From positions 1-36,620 of the forward strand of contig FLMG01002488.1 in NCBI GenBank assembly GCA_900088475.1: a stretch of 36,620 nt of DNA, given 5' to 3'. Shown here piece by piece: positions 12,610-23,000 of this stretch (position 1 is its first letter; every line of letters begins with the position of its first letter). The notes under the pieces are model-generated. The model searched no databases. It was not told the DNA's origin and was given only the letters and a program-made list of their open reading frames with translations. Origin of the DNA: Hyphochytrium catenoides (Eukaryota > Protista > Hyphochytriomycota). The position numbers and the translations under genes are program-made.

Positions 12610-13405
12610 TGATCTGCATGACGGTTTGCCGTGCAACTCTCCTTCATAAACAGTCTTGATTGGCACTCACATCTATTTCTTCTCAAGGTCATCCTAGCTA
12701 TTTATATAACAAAATCCTGACTATGATGATGTCACGGTTGTTCTCAGCAGCGCGTCTTGTCGCCTGAGCATTGGATCTGCCGGCTGTATTAGGTAGGAGT
12801 AGACGCTTTGCTTGCTTCTCAGCAGCTTCGCGGTCACGACGAGCCTGCCACCACCGCCGAGGAGCAGAGCTCATAAGGCTAAAGATCAGTGGACACAACC
12901 CACCACACTCCAGAAGAGTCCCTGCTAATAATCCCCTACATACTGGATCTTTATTACCCTGGACACGACGACCACACTCCTATGATGTCCCTGCTAAACC
13001 GTACGGCCAAGAGGACGGATTAGCTATTAATAGGCAATGAAGATCCAGTAGCGGGTGTTCAGCAGCAGATCGTCTTCATCGTTCAGCAGCGAGCAGGATG
13101 AGAAGAACTCATCATCCAGGAATAGCCCTCCTCCCTAAAAAAAACAACAACACTCCTTGCGCCTTGCTTCGTTCAGTGCACTTCTTCGTCCTCCTTCGAC
13201 CACGTCGCTCTTCTCCTAAAAACTTCTGCTAACGCTTAGCAGCAGCAAGAGAGGATCTTTCTTTTATAAAAATAGCTAAGAGGGCGAGGAGCTGAGAATG
13301 GCTGCCAACCTAGCAATGCCCGCAAGCTTAAGTCATGATCATCGTCAATCAACAAAGTAACTTGAGCACCAACCCCTGCTGCCTTGCATGCAACCATCAT
13401 CCATC
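12610..13405. mobile_element. Degenerate foldback/inverted-repeat element (MITE-like)
   Basis: ctagctatttatataacaaaatcct (12694-12718) is an imperfect reverse complement of aggatctttcttttataaaaatagctaag (13252-13280). tactggatctttattacc (12941-12958) pairs with ggcaatgaagatccagta (13033-13050). Confidence 0.6.
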
Positions 13406-13559
13406 ATCATCCTGCAGTGCTTTGCACAGCGTCGTTACCTTTGTCCTCCCTCCTCCTGGTACCGCACGGACCGGGTGGCAGGATCCGTGCTACGAGCAGG
13501 AGATAAGAAGTAAGATTCAAGATTTTAAGGGCCGAGCAGTGTAACGGACGTCTAGAGGA

Positions 13560-14680
13560 GATTATTATTTTATTGAAGCGCAACCATCAAATCATCAAAT
13601 ATCTTCCTGGTCTGAATTTTCTTATCATAATACTCTAAGGTTATAAAACAGGGAGGAAAATGGCTTCTTTATAAAATTAACGAGCAACAATAAAGGAGTG
13701 AATAAAGACAAGAGGATTATAAGAGTCACTATGACGATTTTATTTATTTATTATAAGAAGAAGTAAAAGAAGAAATAAGGCCTTAGTTTCCTATCTCTCG
13801 AACAGAAAAGATGCATAGAAACTATAAAAGTGCTAACAGGGTAAGGTCCCTTCTTTTACCAATAATTCCCAATAAATGCTTTATAAGGTCTAATAATTAA
13901 AAAAGTTTTATGTCCTAGAAAACACTCGAATAGATACTTATTTTTTTTTAACCCCGATAAGAAGTTTACTACTCCATGCATTATAAATTATAAACCCTCA
14001 TCCGCCTTGAGACCTAGAAAAAATTTCCTGTAATGGAATAAAAACTGAATAGATCTTATGACTAAGTTAATGCATTACCTAATAAATGCACTCTCAGGAG
14101 AAAAAGAAGACGACGACGAACAAGAAGAGGAAAAGAAAGAAGAAGAGGAAAAAGGAGAAGAAAAAGAGGAAAAGAAAGAAAAAGAGGAAGAAGGAGAAGA
14201 TAAAGAGGAAGAAGAAGAAGAAGAAGAGGAAAAAGGAGAAGAAAAAGAGGAAAAAGAAGAAGAGGAAGAAGGAGAAGATAGAGAGGAAGAAGAAGGAGAA
14301 GAAGAAGAGGAAGATTAAGAAGAAGAGGAAGACGAAGAGGAAGACGAAGAGGAAGATTACGAAGAAGAGGAAGACGAAGAAGAAACGGGAAGAAGAAGAA
14401 GTAGAAGAAGGGGAAGAGCTACAAAGTCTAGGTCATTTCGATGAAGAGCTCTCTCCCTTCCACCACCATCATTATCGGGAAAGGATGATAGTAGCCAACA
14501 ACTTAGGCATCAAGAAAATCATCATCCATCCCCGTCGCGACTTCAGGGAAGGCTAGTCATCAACATACCCCTGAGGTCGTCCTCTTCTCTCCTATCCACG
14601 GCGTCCTTCTCGCTCGTGCTCCAAGAAAGAGGAGACAGTACAGCGAGAAGGAACTCATAGGTCAGACAGCAGCAGGTATG
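13560..14680 (+). repeat. GAA-tract repeat family, copy 3, with AT-rich 5' part
   Basis: AT-rich 13560-14090, (GAA/GAG)n 14100-14415, then ctacaaagtctaggtcatttc (14419). Further blocks shared with 9790-9830 and 10286-10301. Confidence 0.55.
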
Positions 14681-15338
14681 TCCAGCATCACATGGATCTA
14701 ACAAGGGAAGACTGAAGAACTCAGAAGAGAGAGCTCACTCAAAATGTTTGCTGATCAAAATCTGTTGGACTGTCTCCGTTCTTTCTCAGCCAGCTAACAG
14801 CATCACCACTGCTTTGCATCCTCCGCCTAACTTTCCTATTTTTCTCGCTACGGGCTTAAGAGTCAGAGAGATGGGGCAGCAGGGAAAGGAAGACAGAGAG
14901 AGGGAGAAAAGGATAAGAGATGCTGAGAGAGGAGGGGGAGAGAAATTATAGTGGGAAGTGAGTGAGAGAGAAAGAGAGAGAAAAGCGAGAGAAGAAGCAT
15001 TTACACTGAGTAGACCCGGATTAGAAAGGGGAAGTACAGAGGGTAGAAACAGAGAGAGAGAGCCCGGGAGAGAGAGTGAGAGAGGGACACTTGCTCAAAG
15101 ATTGAGAAACATGAGGTCAAATGATGAGGCAGACAGCAAAGCTATAGAATACGGAAGTGTCGGTCTCCATAACAATCTGATATTATGCTCTTTCTTCACC
15201 TTCATTTCAATGCACAAACTTTTCTCGCTGTCTCTCTCTTCTCCTCGTTGTTCTCTTCTTCTCTCTCTCTCCATTTGCCGCTGTTTCTTCCGTCTTCTTC
15301 ACCCGTTGGAACTCTCTCTCCTTCTCTCTCTTCATCAT

Positions 15339-16959
15339 CTACGGCCTAATGGCAAAGCCTCCATCCACTTGCAGGACAGTGCCTGTGACATAGGCATTAT
15401 CCAAGAGAAAGAGAACACCTTTCGCCACCTCTTCCGCCTTCCCTGCCCGCTGGAGAGGCATGGCCTTTCCATACTTTTCAAGAGTCTCTTCTCTCTCTCG
15501 CCCAGGGAGTTTCTCCCACGCCTCTGTCTCGGTCACCCCGGGAGATATAACGTTAACTCTTAGGCTTGGAGAGAAATCGTTAGCTAGTGCGCGGCCCAGA
15601 GCCTCAATAGCGCCGTTCACCGCTGCGTGAGCGGCGTTTCCTCTCCCGGGGCGAAGAGAGAGAGAACCGCTTGTGAGGACGATAGAGCCTCCCTCGGCCA
15701 GTGCGTGGGACGCAGCGAAGCAGACGGCAGTGACCTTAGGAGAGAGAGAGAGAAAAAGAGAGAGAGAGAGAGAAAGAAAGAGAGAGAGAGAGTTAGAGAG
15801 AGAAAGAGTTAGAAAGAGAGAAGAGAGGTTTAAGAAGAGACAGAGAGAAAGGTAAACAAGATAAAAGAGAGAGAAAGAGAATGAAACACTTATTGCAGGC
15901 CAAAGCTCAGGACTAGGCACGGAAGATTGAGGGACACAGGAGAAAGAAAGAAAATCGAGGACATAAAGAAAAAAAGAGGAAAGGCCAAGAAGAGAGAGAG
16001 AGAAGGGCGGGAGCGAGTTGCCATTATGAAGAGAAAGAAATCATGGTTCACTAAAGAGTAGATGAAGAGAGAACGCGACGGAAGAGGAGGATGGGGAATT
16101 ATAGGGATGAAAGAGAGTATAAGATCATAAAAGAGAAAGTAAGAGAGAATCAGCGAGAGAGAAGAAGAGAAATGAGAGAGAGAGAGAGGGAGATAGAGAG
16201 AGAAATGGGGAGGAGAGGGAGAGACTAGGGAAAGAAAAGAGGGGCGGAGAGAGAGAGAGAGAGGGGAGGGAGGAAAGAAAGGAGATCTGGGTCACCTGCG
16301 CAAAGAATTTGGAATCGAACTCAGTCTTTAGACCCTGAAGTCCTTCATCTCCGCGAATGTCTATGCAAGGATTGGTTGATCCTGAAGCCCAATGATGAAG
16401 AGACAGAGAGAGAGAGAGGCAGAGAGAGAGAGAGAGAGGAAAAGGACAAGAGAGAGAGAGAGCAAGTGGGAAAGTGAATAATACTATTCATCCAAACCTC
16501 ACCTATTACCTTACCTAAACTGGCCTCCTTGCGTTTGCCCTCTCACTCTTTCTCTCTCTCTCTCTCTCTCTCTCTTCTTTCCTTTGTCTCTCTCTTTGGT
16601 CGGTCTTCTTTTTCTTCCTTCTCTCTCCTTCTCTCACCTGGTGTGAGGACAAGATGCTGGATGGACCCTTTCTCCACTTCCTGTTGGAAAAAGCTCTTTA
16701 CTCTCTGCGGATCTCCCGCATCCAAGACAGAGCCGCGAACAGAGCCATAAGACCCTGCGGCCCCATGAGGGAGAGAGAGAGAGATCTCTCTCTTTGCCTC
16801 TTCCACATGTTCTCTCTCTCTGCTACAGATCCACGCCGTTCCTCCTGCAGCGTAGACGCCTTTGGCCACTGCTTTTCCTATGCCTGACGTGCCTCCGATG
16901 ATAAGCACCGTCTTTCCTTGTATCCCCGGAGCTAGGGAAGAAAGAGTCACAGCCTCCAT
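15339..16959 (-). CDS. Short-chain dehydrogenase/reductase, atypical (no YxxxK); 3 exons: 16959-16638, 16381-16296, 15734-15339; 267 aa
   Basis: Rossmann motif GKTVLIIGGTSGIG; HLVLTPG|GSTNP...FDSKFFAQ|VTAV...GGSIVLTSG...LRVNVISPG...VTGTVLQVDGG. Both introns are GT-AG with matching phases (1, 0). Confidence 0.93.
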
Positions 16960-18492
16960 TCTCTTCTCTCTCTCTTTGTCTCTCTCTCTTTCTCTGTTTC
17001 TTTCTTGTCTCCCCTCTGTTTTCTCAGGATGCTGGTCGTCTGCGAATGCTGCTTACCGTCTGCAGTGGAATATCTGAACTGAGGTGCTTCCTTTTTTGAG
17101 TAAATGAGAAAGAGAGAAAGAGGAGACGGAGAAAGCGTGTGAGTGTGATGGAGAGAGAAAGAGACAGGATTGGTAGACTGCATGTCTTATAAAAGGGACT
17201 GGGGAGAGGGACGGAGAAGAGAGACGATAAGGTTGAAGGGGGAAGCAGAAGAAGAATCATCAGCTGCCACTCCTGTTCGCTTCCCATGTCTCTCCTTCCG
17301 GCCATTGTTCTTCAGTTTCCTTCTTCACCCCAAACCCTCTGTTACGAGAGAAAGAGAGAAGAAAGAGAGTGAGAGAGAGAAAGGGAGGGAGAGGGAGAGA
17401 GCGAGGGAGAGAGAGAGGGAGAGAGAGAGCGAGCGAGGTTAACGTTGAGAGAGAGAAAGAGAAAGAGAACGAGAGACAGAGTAAAAGGAGAGCAAGGGAA
17501 GAGGTGAGAGTTAGAGAGAGAAGAGAGAAGAGAAAGGAGAAGAGCAGGAGGAGAGAGAGAGAACGAGAGAAAAATGAGGCTCACAAAGATTTGTAACGAA
17601 TCTTTCTTCTCTAGGGGATCATTATACCTGATCATTAACCGCCTCGTACCCGATGATCTAACGTCTGAGCCTCATGGAATCCAAAAGTTATTCCGCCTTC
17701 GAGTACTTGAGAATTATATTGTTCCTCTCGTCCCCTCGGACCTTTCTTACTTCATCCTTCATGCTGATCATCCTCCCTTCTTGTCTCTGCTCTCTCTCTC
17801 CTCTCTTTCTCTCTCTCTCTGCCTCTGCTGTCTCCTCTCTCTCTCTCTGTCTCTCTCTCTCTCCATTGTCCTTCCTTTCTCGACAAAAGAGAGAGAGACA
17901 CAGCGTTCGCGAGACGAGAGAGAGAGAGAGAAGAGAAGAACACAGGAGGAAGAAGAGACGTGATGATAAAGTGAGAAGAGGAGAGGATAACAAATCTTGA
18001 GTGGTGATAGGAAAAGAGGAAAGTGAAGAAAACAGAAGGAACCGAAGAGGGAGGAAGACAAGAGAGAGAGAGATGAAAAGAGAGAAGCAGGAAGAAGGAG
18101 GGATAGACTATTTTATTCTAAATTGACTAAGGAAAACAAGGAAGAGTAGAGTACGACAGAGAAAGAGAATGGAGGGGGAGGAATAAAAAAGAGAGACAGG
18201 AGAGAGGAGAGAAGAGTTTGAGAAAGGAGAAAAGGTGTTGACATTTATTATTCATTAAAGGCTGCCAAGGAAATTCGAACTTAGCTTCTCAAGAGTAAAG
18301 TCTCTCTTGTTCTCTTCTTCTTTCTCTGCTTGTTTCTCTTGCTCTCTTCCTCGGGAAGAAAGTTCAACTTCTTCCTATTTGTATGTTTGGTGGTGGTGAA
18401 TCTTTCTTTTTTTCCTTTCTTACCATTTCTCTTTTCTCTCTTCTCCTTTTTCTCCCTCTTCTCTTTCTCTCTCTCTCATCTCTTGCTTTGTC

Positions 18493-18576
18493 TTTATCGA
18501 TGTAATCTACCAGTGTTTCCTATGAACTGGCTGTGTCCTCACTGTAGAACGTGTGCGAGAGAGAGAGGCGCACTCC
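18493..18576 (-). pseudogene. Degenerate tandem copy of the Nudix gene 3' end
   Basis: Reads LSLAHVLQ*GHSQFIG(frameshift)LVDYID versus LSLSHVLQGGHSQFIGKLVDYID at 18639-18710. Confidence 0.88.
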
Positions 18577-18595
18577 ACTTCTCTTGTCTCTCTTA

Positions 18596-19537
18596 CTATC
18601 TCTCTTCTCTCTTTTCTCCCTCTTCTCTTTCTTTCTCGTTATCAATATAATCTACCAACTTTCCTATGAACTGGCTGTGTCCTCCCTGCAGAACGTGAGA
18701 AAGAGAGAGAGGAAGCCAGAAGCACTCAAGAGGAGTGGGAGAGAGCTTCCCATCATGCTCTTCCGCACTTCTCCATCTTCTCTTCACTTCTTCGTTGTCG
18801 TCTTCTTCTTCATCAACCTCTCTCTCTCTCTTTCTCTCTCCGTTTTCTTTTCTCCTCTCTCCTAGTTGGAGGAGAAAGAAATGTCTTCTCTGTATCTCAT
18901 AGCGATAGGGAGAGATATCATACTCTATCTCTCCAAGTTTGCAAACGACGCGAAGTCCTTGAAGTCCTGTCTCTTCTTCTGCTTCTCGGAGCGCTGCGAG
19001 AGATAGATTCTCCTTTTCTTCGAGTCTCTCTCTCCTCTCTCTCTCCTCTTCGGCTTCATTCCGTTCTTCAATAGCAGTCTCCTCTTTTTTTGTCTCTCTT
19101 CTTCTCTTCTTCTGGCGTTGAGCTTCATTCTCTCTTCTTTTCTCGTTATATTGATGGGTCTCTTTCTTCTCTCTCTCTTCCTCTTCGTTTGTCTCTTCTC
19201 CCTCTTCTCTTCCCTCTTTCTTTCTTAGATCCATCCTTTTCCTCTCCTCTTCCTTCTTTTCTCTTCTCTCTCTCTCTCTCTCTTTTACAGTTCCCCCTGG
19301 AACCTGGAGACCCACTCCATGCTCTTCAGGAGAGAGACCCACGTGCCGGAAGACGAGAAGATGAGAACGGCTACGGCTCAAAATGTAGCACAGAACCTTA
19401 GGGACAACTGTCTTCTTTCTTCTTCGTGTCTTCTTCTCTCTCTTTTCTTCTCCTCTTTTTTCTCCTCCTTGTCCTTGTGTCTCCTCCCCCTTCTCATCTT
19501 CTCCTGGTTCTTCTTCTTCTTTGCGTTGACTGCCCAT
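18596..19537 (-). CDS. Nudix hydrolase, bacterial-like core with charged low-complexity insertions (313 aa from ATG 19537)
   Basis: KVLCYI...LLVFRH...QVPGGTVKE[insert]ENLSLAALREAEEETGL matches the Nudix box GX5EX7REUXEEXGU, followed by KLGEIEYDISPYRYEIQRRHFF and ECFWLPL. Confidence 0.9.
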   Translation of the reverse strand: MGSQRKEEEEPGEDEKGEETQGQGGEKRGEEKREKKTRRRKKTVVPKVLCYILSRSRSHLLVFRHVGLSPEEHGVGLQVPGGTVKERERERREKKEEERKRMDLRKKEGREEGEETNEEEEREKKETHQYNEKRRENEAQRQKKRRRETKKEETAIEERNEAEEERERRERLEEKENLSLAALREAEEETGLQGLRVVCKLGEIEYDISPYRYEIQRRHFFLLQLGERRKENGERKREREVDEEEDDNEEVKRRWRSAEEHDGKLSPTPLECFWLPLSLSHVLQGGHSQFIGKLVDYIDNEKEREEGEKREER

Positions 19538-20365
19538 CTTCTCAAGAAACGACAAGAGGGAAAAACGGAAAAAGTATGTTTCTCTTTCTTGTTTTTCTTC
19601 TCTCTCTCTCTCTCTCTCTGTCCTCCCCGGTGGTCGCTCGAATCTCTCCCTTCTAGTTGTTTGTCCCGTCGTTGTTGTCGTCTTCTTTCTTCTTGGAAGA
19701 AGAAACGTCCTGGTGCGGTTGGTTGGCTGCTACTATTAGGAGAAGGGGAAAGAGACGACTGCGCTGCCTTCTCTCTCTCTTCTTCTCTCTCCCTTCCTCA
19801 TCGCTATTATCTTTTTTCCATAAACACTAACATGTCTGCTGCTTGTGTTAGTGGATATAAAAGAGAATGATGAGGGGCAACTGTCTGCTGACAGGGGAGA
19901 CGGCGCAAGGAGACGACGATAGGGAGAAAGAAGAGAGGGAGCTACGAAGGAAACCGTTGTGGGAGGAAGATAGATCTTCAACATTCAGGAATCGTGAACA
20001 AAGAGGGAGAGAAGAAGAAGGCAACAAACAAACAGCAGCAGAAGAAAGAACCAGAAGATACATGACGAGAGAAAAGAAAGGAGATGAAGAACCAAAGAAA
20101 GGCGAAGAGAGGGAGAGAGAGAAAGAGCACATGATGACACAGAACGAAGAGCGAGAAAAAGAGGGCGACAAGCAAGGGAGACAGAGAGGGAGAGAGAAGA
20201 GAGAGAAAGAGAGAGAGACACCACAAGACAGAGAGCAAAAGAGAGAAAGCGAGTGAGCGTGAGAGAGCGAGAGAGAGAGAGAGAGAGAGAGAAAGAGACA
20301 GAGAGAAGGAGAGAAAGCAAGAGCCAAGATTGACAAGGTGGCCCAGATCATTTTATCCGGATACA

Positions 20366-20696
20366 CCTCTGACCAAAGGAAACAAACAGCACATTACACG
20401 CACCACGCACGGAGAACGGAGTAACGGAGTACAACTAACTCCTGTAGGTACAACCTAAAACCCAGCAGTCTTTCCAAACACAACACCCAATGGACCTAAC
20501 TATACTACGCAAAACACACCGAGACTGACAAGCACAGCGTTGTATAAGAATAAACCCCGAACCAACAACCCCGCAGAACAGCCATACAGAATTAACAACA
20601 ACAACAAACTCCGACCATACAAGACCCGTAAAAGTCTAGGAAAGCTTTATAACTCGAGGATACTACTACTACACACACACAGGTCCTCTGACTAAA
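20366..20696 (+). mobile_element. Possible 5'-truncated non-LTR retroelement fragment
   Basis: ~310 bp A/C-rich insert ending in (TAC)n(AC)n, flanked by cctctgaccaaa (20366-20377) and cctctgactaaa (20685-20696). No RT or endonuclease motif seen. Confidence 0.4.
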
Positions 20697-20784
20697 TTGG
20701 TCTTCCTATTGCTTTTTCTGTCTTTTGGTTTCTCTCTCTTTCTCTCTCACTTTCTCTCTCTCGCTCGCTCGCTCACTCCCTCTC

Positions 20785-20916
20785 NNNNNNNNNNNNNNNN
20801 NNNNNNNNNNNNNNNNNNNNNNNNNNNNNNNNNNNNNNNNNNNNNNNNNNNNNNNNNNNNNNNNNNNNNNNNNNNNNNNNNNNNNNNNNNNNNNNNNNNN
20901 NNNNNNNNNNNNNNNN
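20785..20916. other. Assembly gap
   Basis: Run of N. Confidence 1.
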
Positions 20917-21535
20917 TGTTCCTATAAAGAATCTTTACTGCTAGAAAGTACTCTTTGTCCCATCAACTTTCTTACTCTGTAGAGATGGGAATGACCCACC
21001 AGATTCTTCTTCTCCGTATCTTTTTTCCACAGTATATCTTTTATGTAGAGGTAGCTTCTCTCTCTCTCTTGTCCTAACATTATCTAGGGAAAGGATCTTC
21101 AGCCGCACCTTCACGCTGACGCTTCAGGCAATGGAGGAGGAGGAAGGTGGAGGAGCAGCTCGATGATGACAAGCAAAACGACGGAGAAGAGAGAGAGAAG
21201 GGAGGGGAATAGGCTAGGAGAGAGAGAGAGTGAAGAAAGCTAGAGAGAGAGGAGAGAGAGACACAGAACGCAAATTGAAATGAGGAGGAGGACGGGACAG
21301 ACGGGAGCAGAGAGGAGACCAGAAACAGAGGAGGAGAGAGAATTGATATCCAAAAGTTGGAGGGGGACGGAAAGACACGTAAGAAGAAGAAGAAAGGAAG
21401 AATTACTACTACTGGCGGCGGCAACCAACAAGCTACCACTCTCTTCCTTAGCTCTTCTCTCTCCTCCTCGTTTTCCTTCTCTCTCTCCTGCCGCCTCTCG
21501 GCATGATCTTTCCATTCTCCCTTTTCCAGCGCGCT

Positions 21536-21543
21536 ATAATATA
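21536..21543 (+). promoter_or_regulatory. Candidate TATA box of the GDPD gene
   Basis: tataatat in GC-rich context ~150 bp upstream of ATG 21690, followed by a CT-rich putative 5' UTR. Confidence 0.4.
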
Positions 21544-21689
21544 GGACCAGCTCATCTGCCGCCGCGGCCGCGAGTGCTACTGTTCCTCCGCTGCGCTGTT
21601 CAATCATCTCTCTCTCTCTCTCTCTCTCTTCGCTGGTCTCTCTTCTTGTCTCTCTCTCTCTCTCCCTCTCCTCTTTCAGCAGAAGCAAG

Positions 21690-22916
21690 ATGAGCAGCAC
21701 ATCAAGAGGAGCAGCAACAACAAACAACTTTCCCTCTTCTTCTCTCTTCTTCCTTTTCCCTCTGTTTCTCTCCTCTTCCTTTCTTCTCTCTTTCTCTTCC
21801 TCCGCGTCATCTCTTTCTCTTCTTTCTTCTCCCCTCTCTTCTCCTCCCGAAATTATCGCCCATCGCGGCGCCTGTGGCTATCTTCCCGAACATTCTCTCC
21901 CAGCCTACGAACTTGCCATTAAATTCGGTTCTCAGTACATCGAGCCCGACCTCGTCCTAACAAAAGACGGCGTTTTGGTTGCCTTACACGATGTTCTCCT
22001 GGACGACACAACGAATATAAGAGACCTGCCTGAATTCAAAGAGAGAGAGAGAGAAAGACTCGTTGAAGGCGTGAAGATGAACGGTTTCTTCGCCTGTGAT
22101 TTTACCTTTGAAGAGCTGCGACGGTCCGTGAGAGTGAAGCAACGACTTGATGGAAGATCATCTCTCTATGACGGTCTCTTCCCTATCCCGTCCTTGGAAG
22201 AGGTTCTCGCTCTCGCAAGAAAGCACAATGAAGCCAAAGAAAAGGGGGAGAGAGAGGCGGAAGGAGAGAGAGCAGGAGAGAAAAAGAAAGAAAGAGTTGG
22301 TGTCTATATTGAGCTAAAGCACCCAGAGTTCCACGTCAAAGATCTTGGCTTCAACCTTTCAGAGATCTTTTTTGACACGCTGAGACGTGCAAACATTACA
22401 GTCAACAAAAGAGAAGAAGAAGAGAAGAAGAAGCACGAAAAAAGAGAGGAAGAGAAGGAAGCGCTCATTCCGATCGTGATCCAGTGCTTTGACAGTGCCT
22501 TTCTCTCTCAAGATCTCTCTCTCTCTACAGATCTTCCTCTTGTTCAGCTCATTGAAGAGCCAGAGCGGTACACAGAGAAAGAGTTGGAGAAAATTGCCTC
22601 CTATGCCCAGGGTGTTGGGCCATACAAGCTCTCTCTTCTCTCTAATGTCAACGGTTCTATGGAGAGAGCGAGAGAGAGAGTGCAATGGGCACAGAGGAGA
22701 GGGTTAGTGGTTCATCCTTGGACCTTTAGGGCAGACAGAGGCGTTCTCTCTCCCTTCAAAGAGAATTTTGAAGAGGAAGAGACGTTCTTCTTCTGCTGTC
22801 TCGGCGTTGATGGCCTCTTCACCGAGTTTCCGGATAAGACCAGAGCAATTGTGGATAATATCCAAAAGAGAGGACTCTGTCAGGAATTTGACTGTAGCGC
22901 GTACAAGTTAGACTAG
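21690..22916 (+). CDS. Secreted glycerophosphodiester phosphodiesterase (GlpQ-like GDPD), intronless, 408 aa
   Basis: N-terminal hydrophobic signal; IIAHRGACGYLPEHSLPAYELA, IEPDLVLTKDGVLVALHD, IPSLEEVL, GVYIELKHP, IQCFD, YAQGVGP, GLVVHPWTFR, GVDGLFTEFPD. Catalytic His and metal-binding acidic motifs are intact. Confidence 0.95.
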   Translation: MSSTSRGAATTNNFPSSSLFFLFPLFLSSSFLLSFSSSASSLSLLSSPLSSPPEIIAHRGACGYLPEHSLPAYELAIKFGSQYIEPDLVLTKDGVLVALHDVLLDDTTNIRDLPEFKERERERLVEGVKMNGFFACDFTFEELRRSVRVKQRLDGRSSLYDGLFPIPSLEEVLALARKHNEAKEKGEREAEGERAGEKKKERVGVYIELKHPEFHVKDLGFNLSEIFFDTLRRANITVNKREEEEKKKHEKREEEKEALIPIVIQCFDSAFLSQDLSLSTDLPLVQLIEEPERYTEKELEKIASYAQGVGPYKLSLLSNVNGSMERARERVQWAQRRGLVVHPWTFRADRGVLSPFKENFEEEETFFFCCLGVDGLFTEFPDKTRAIVDNIQKRGLCQEFDCSAYKLD

Positions 22917-23000
22917 AAAATTTGTTTATGAAAGGGAGAGAGAGAAGAAGGAGAGAGAGAAAGAAGAGAACAGGAAGAAAGAGAGAAGATCTTTCTCTCA

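Noticed and set aside
14058-14556. Poly-E and poly-K/R ORFs (also 9362-9829)
   Set aside because: Translations of GAA tracts belonging to the repeat family; no domain content.
14958-15563. 201-aa plus-strand ORF, and similar ORFs at 25166-25957, 21080-21727 and 32877-33173
   Set aside because: Antisense shadows of real genes or repeat-derived frames.
19013-19279. Intein in the Nudix box
   Set aside because: No N-terminal Cys/Ser or C-terminal His-Asn splicing motifs; the insert is low complexity.
15339-22916. Bacterial contamination or operon
   Set aside because: The SDR has spliceosomal introns, the genes carry host-type microsatellite inserts, lie kilobases apart and are on both strands.
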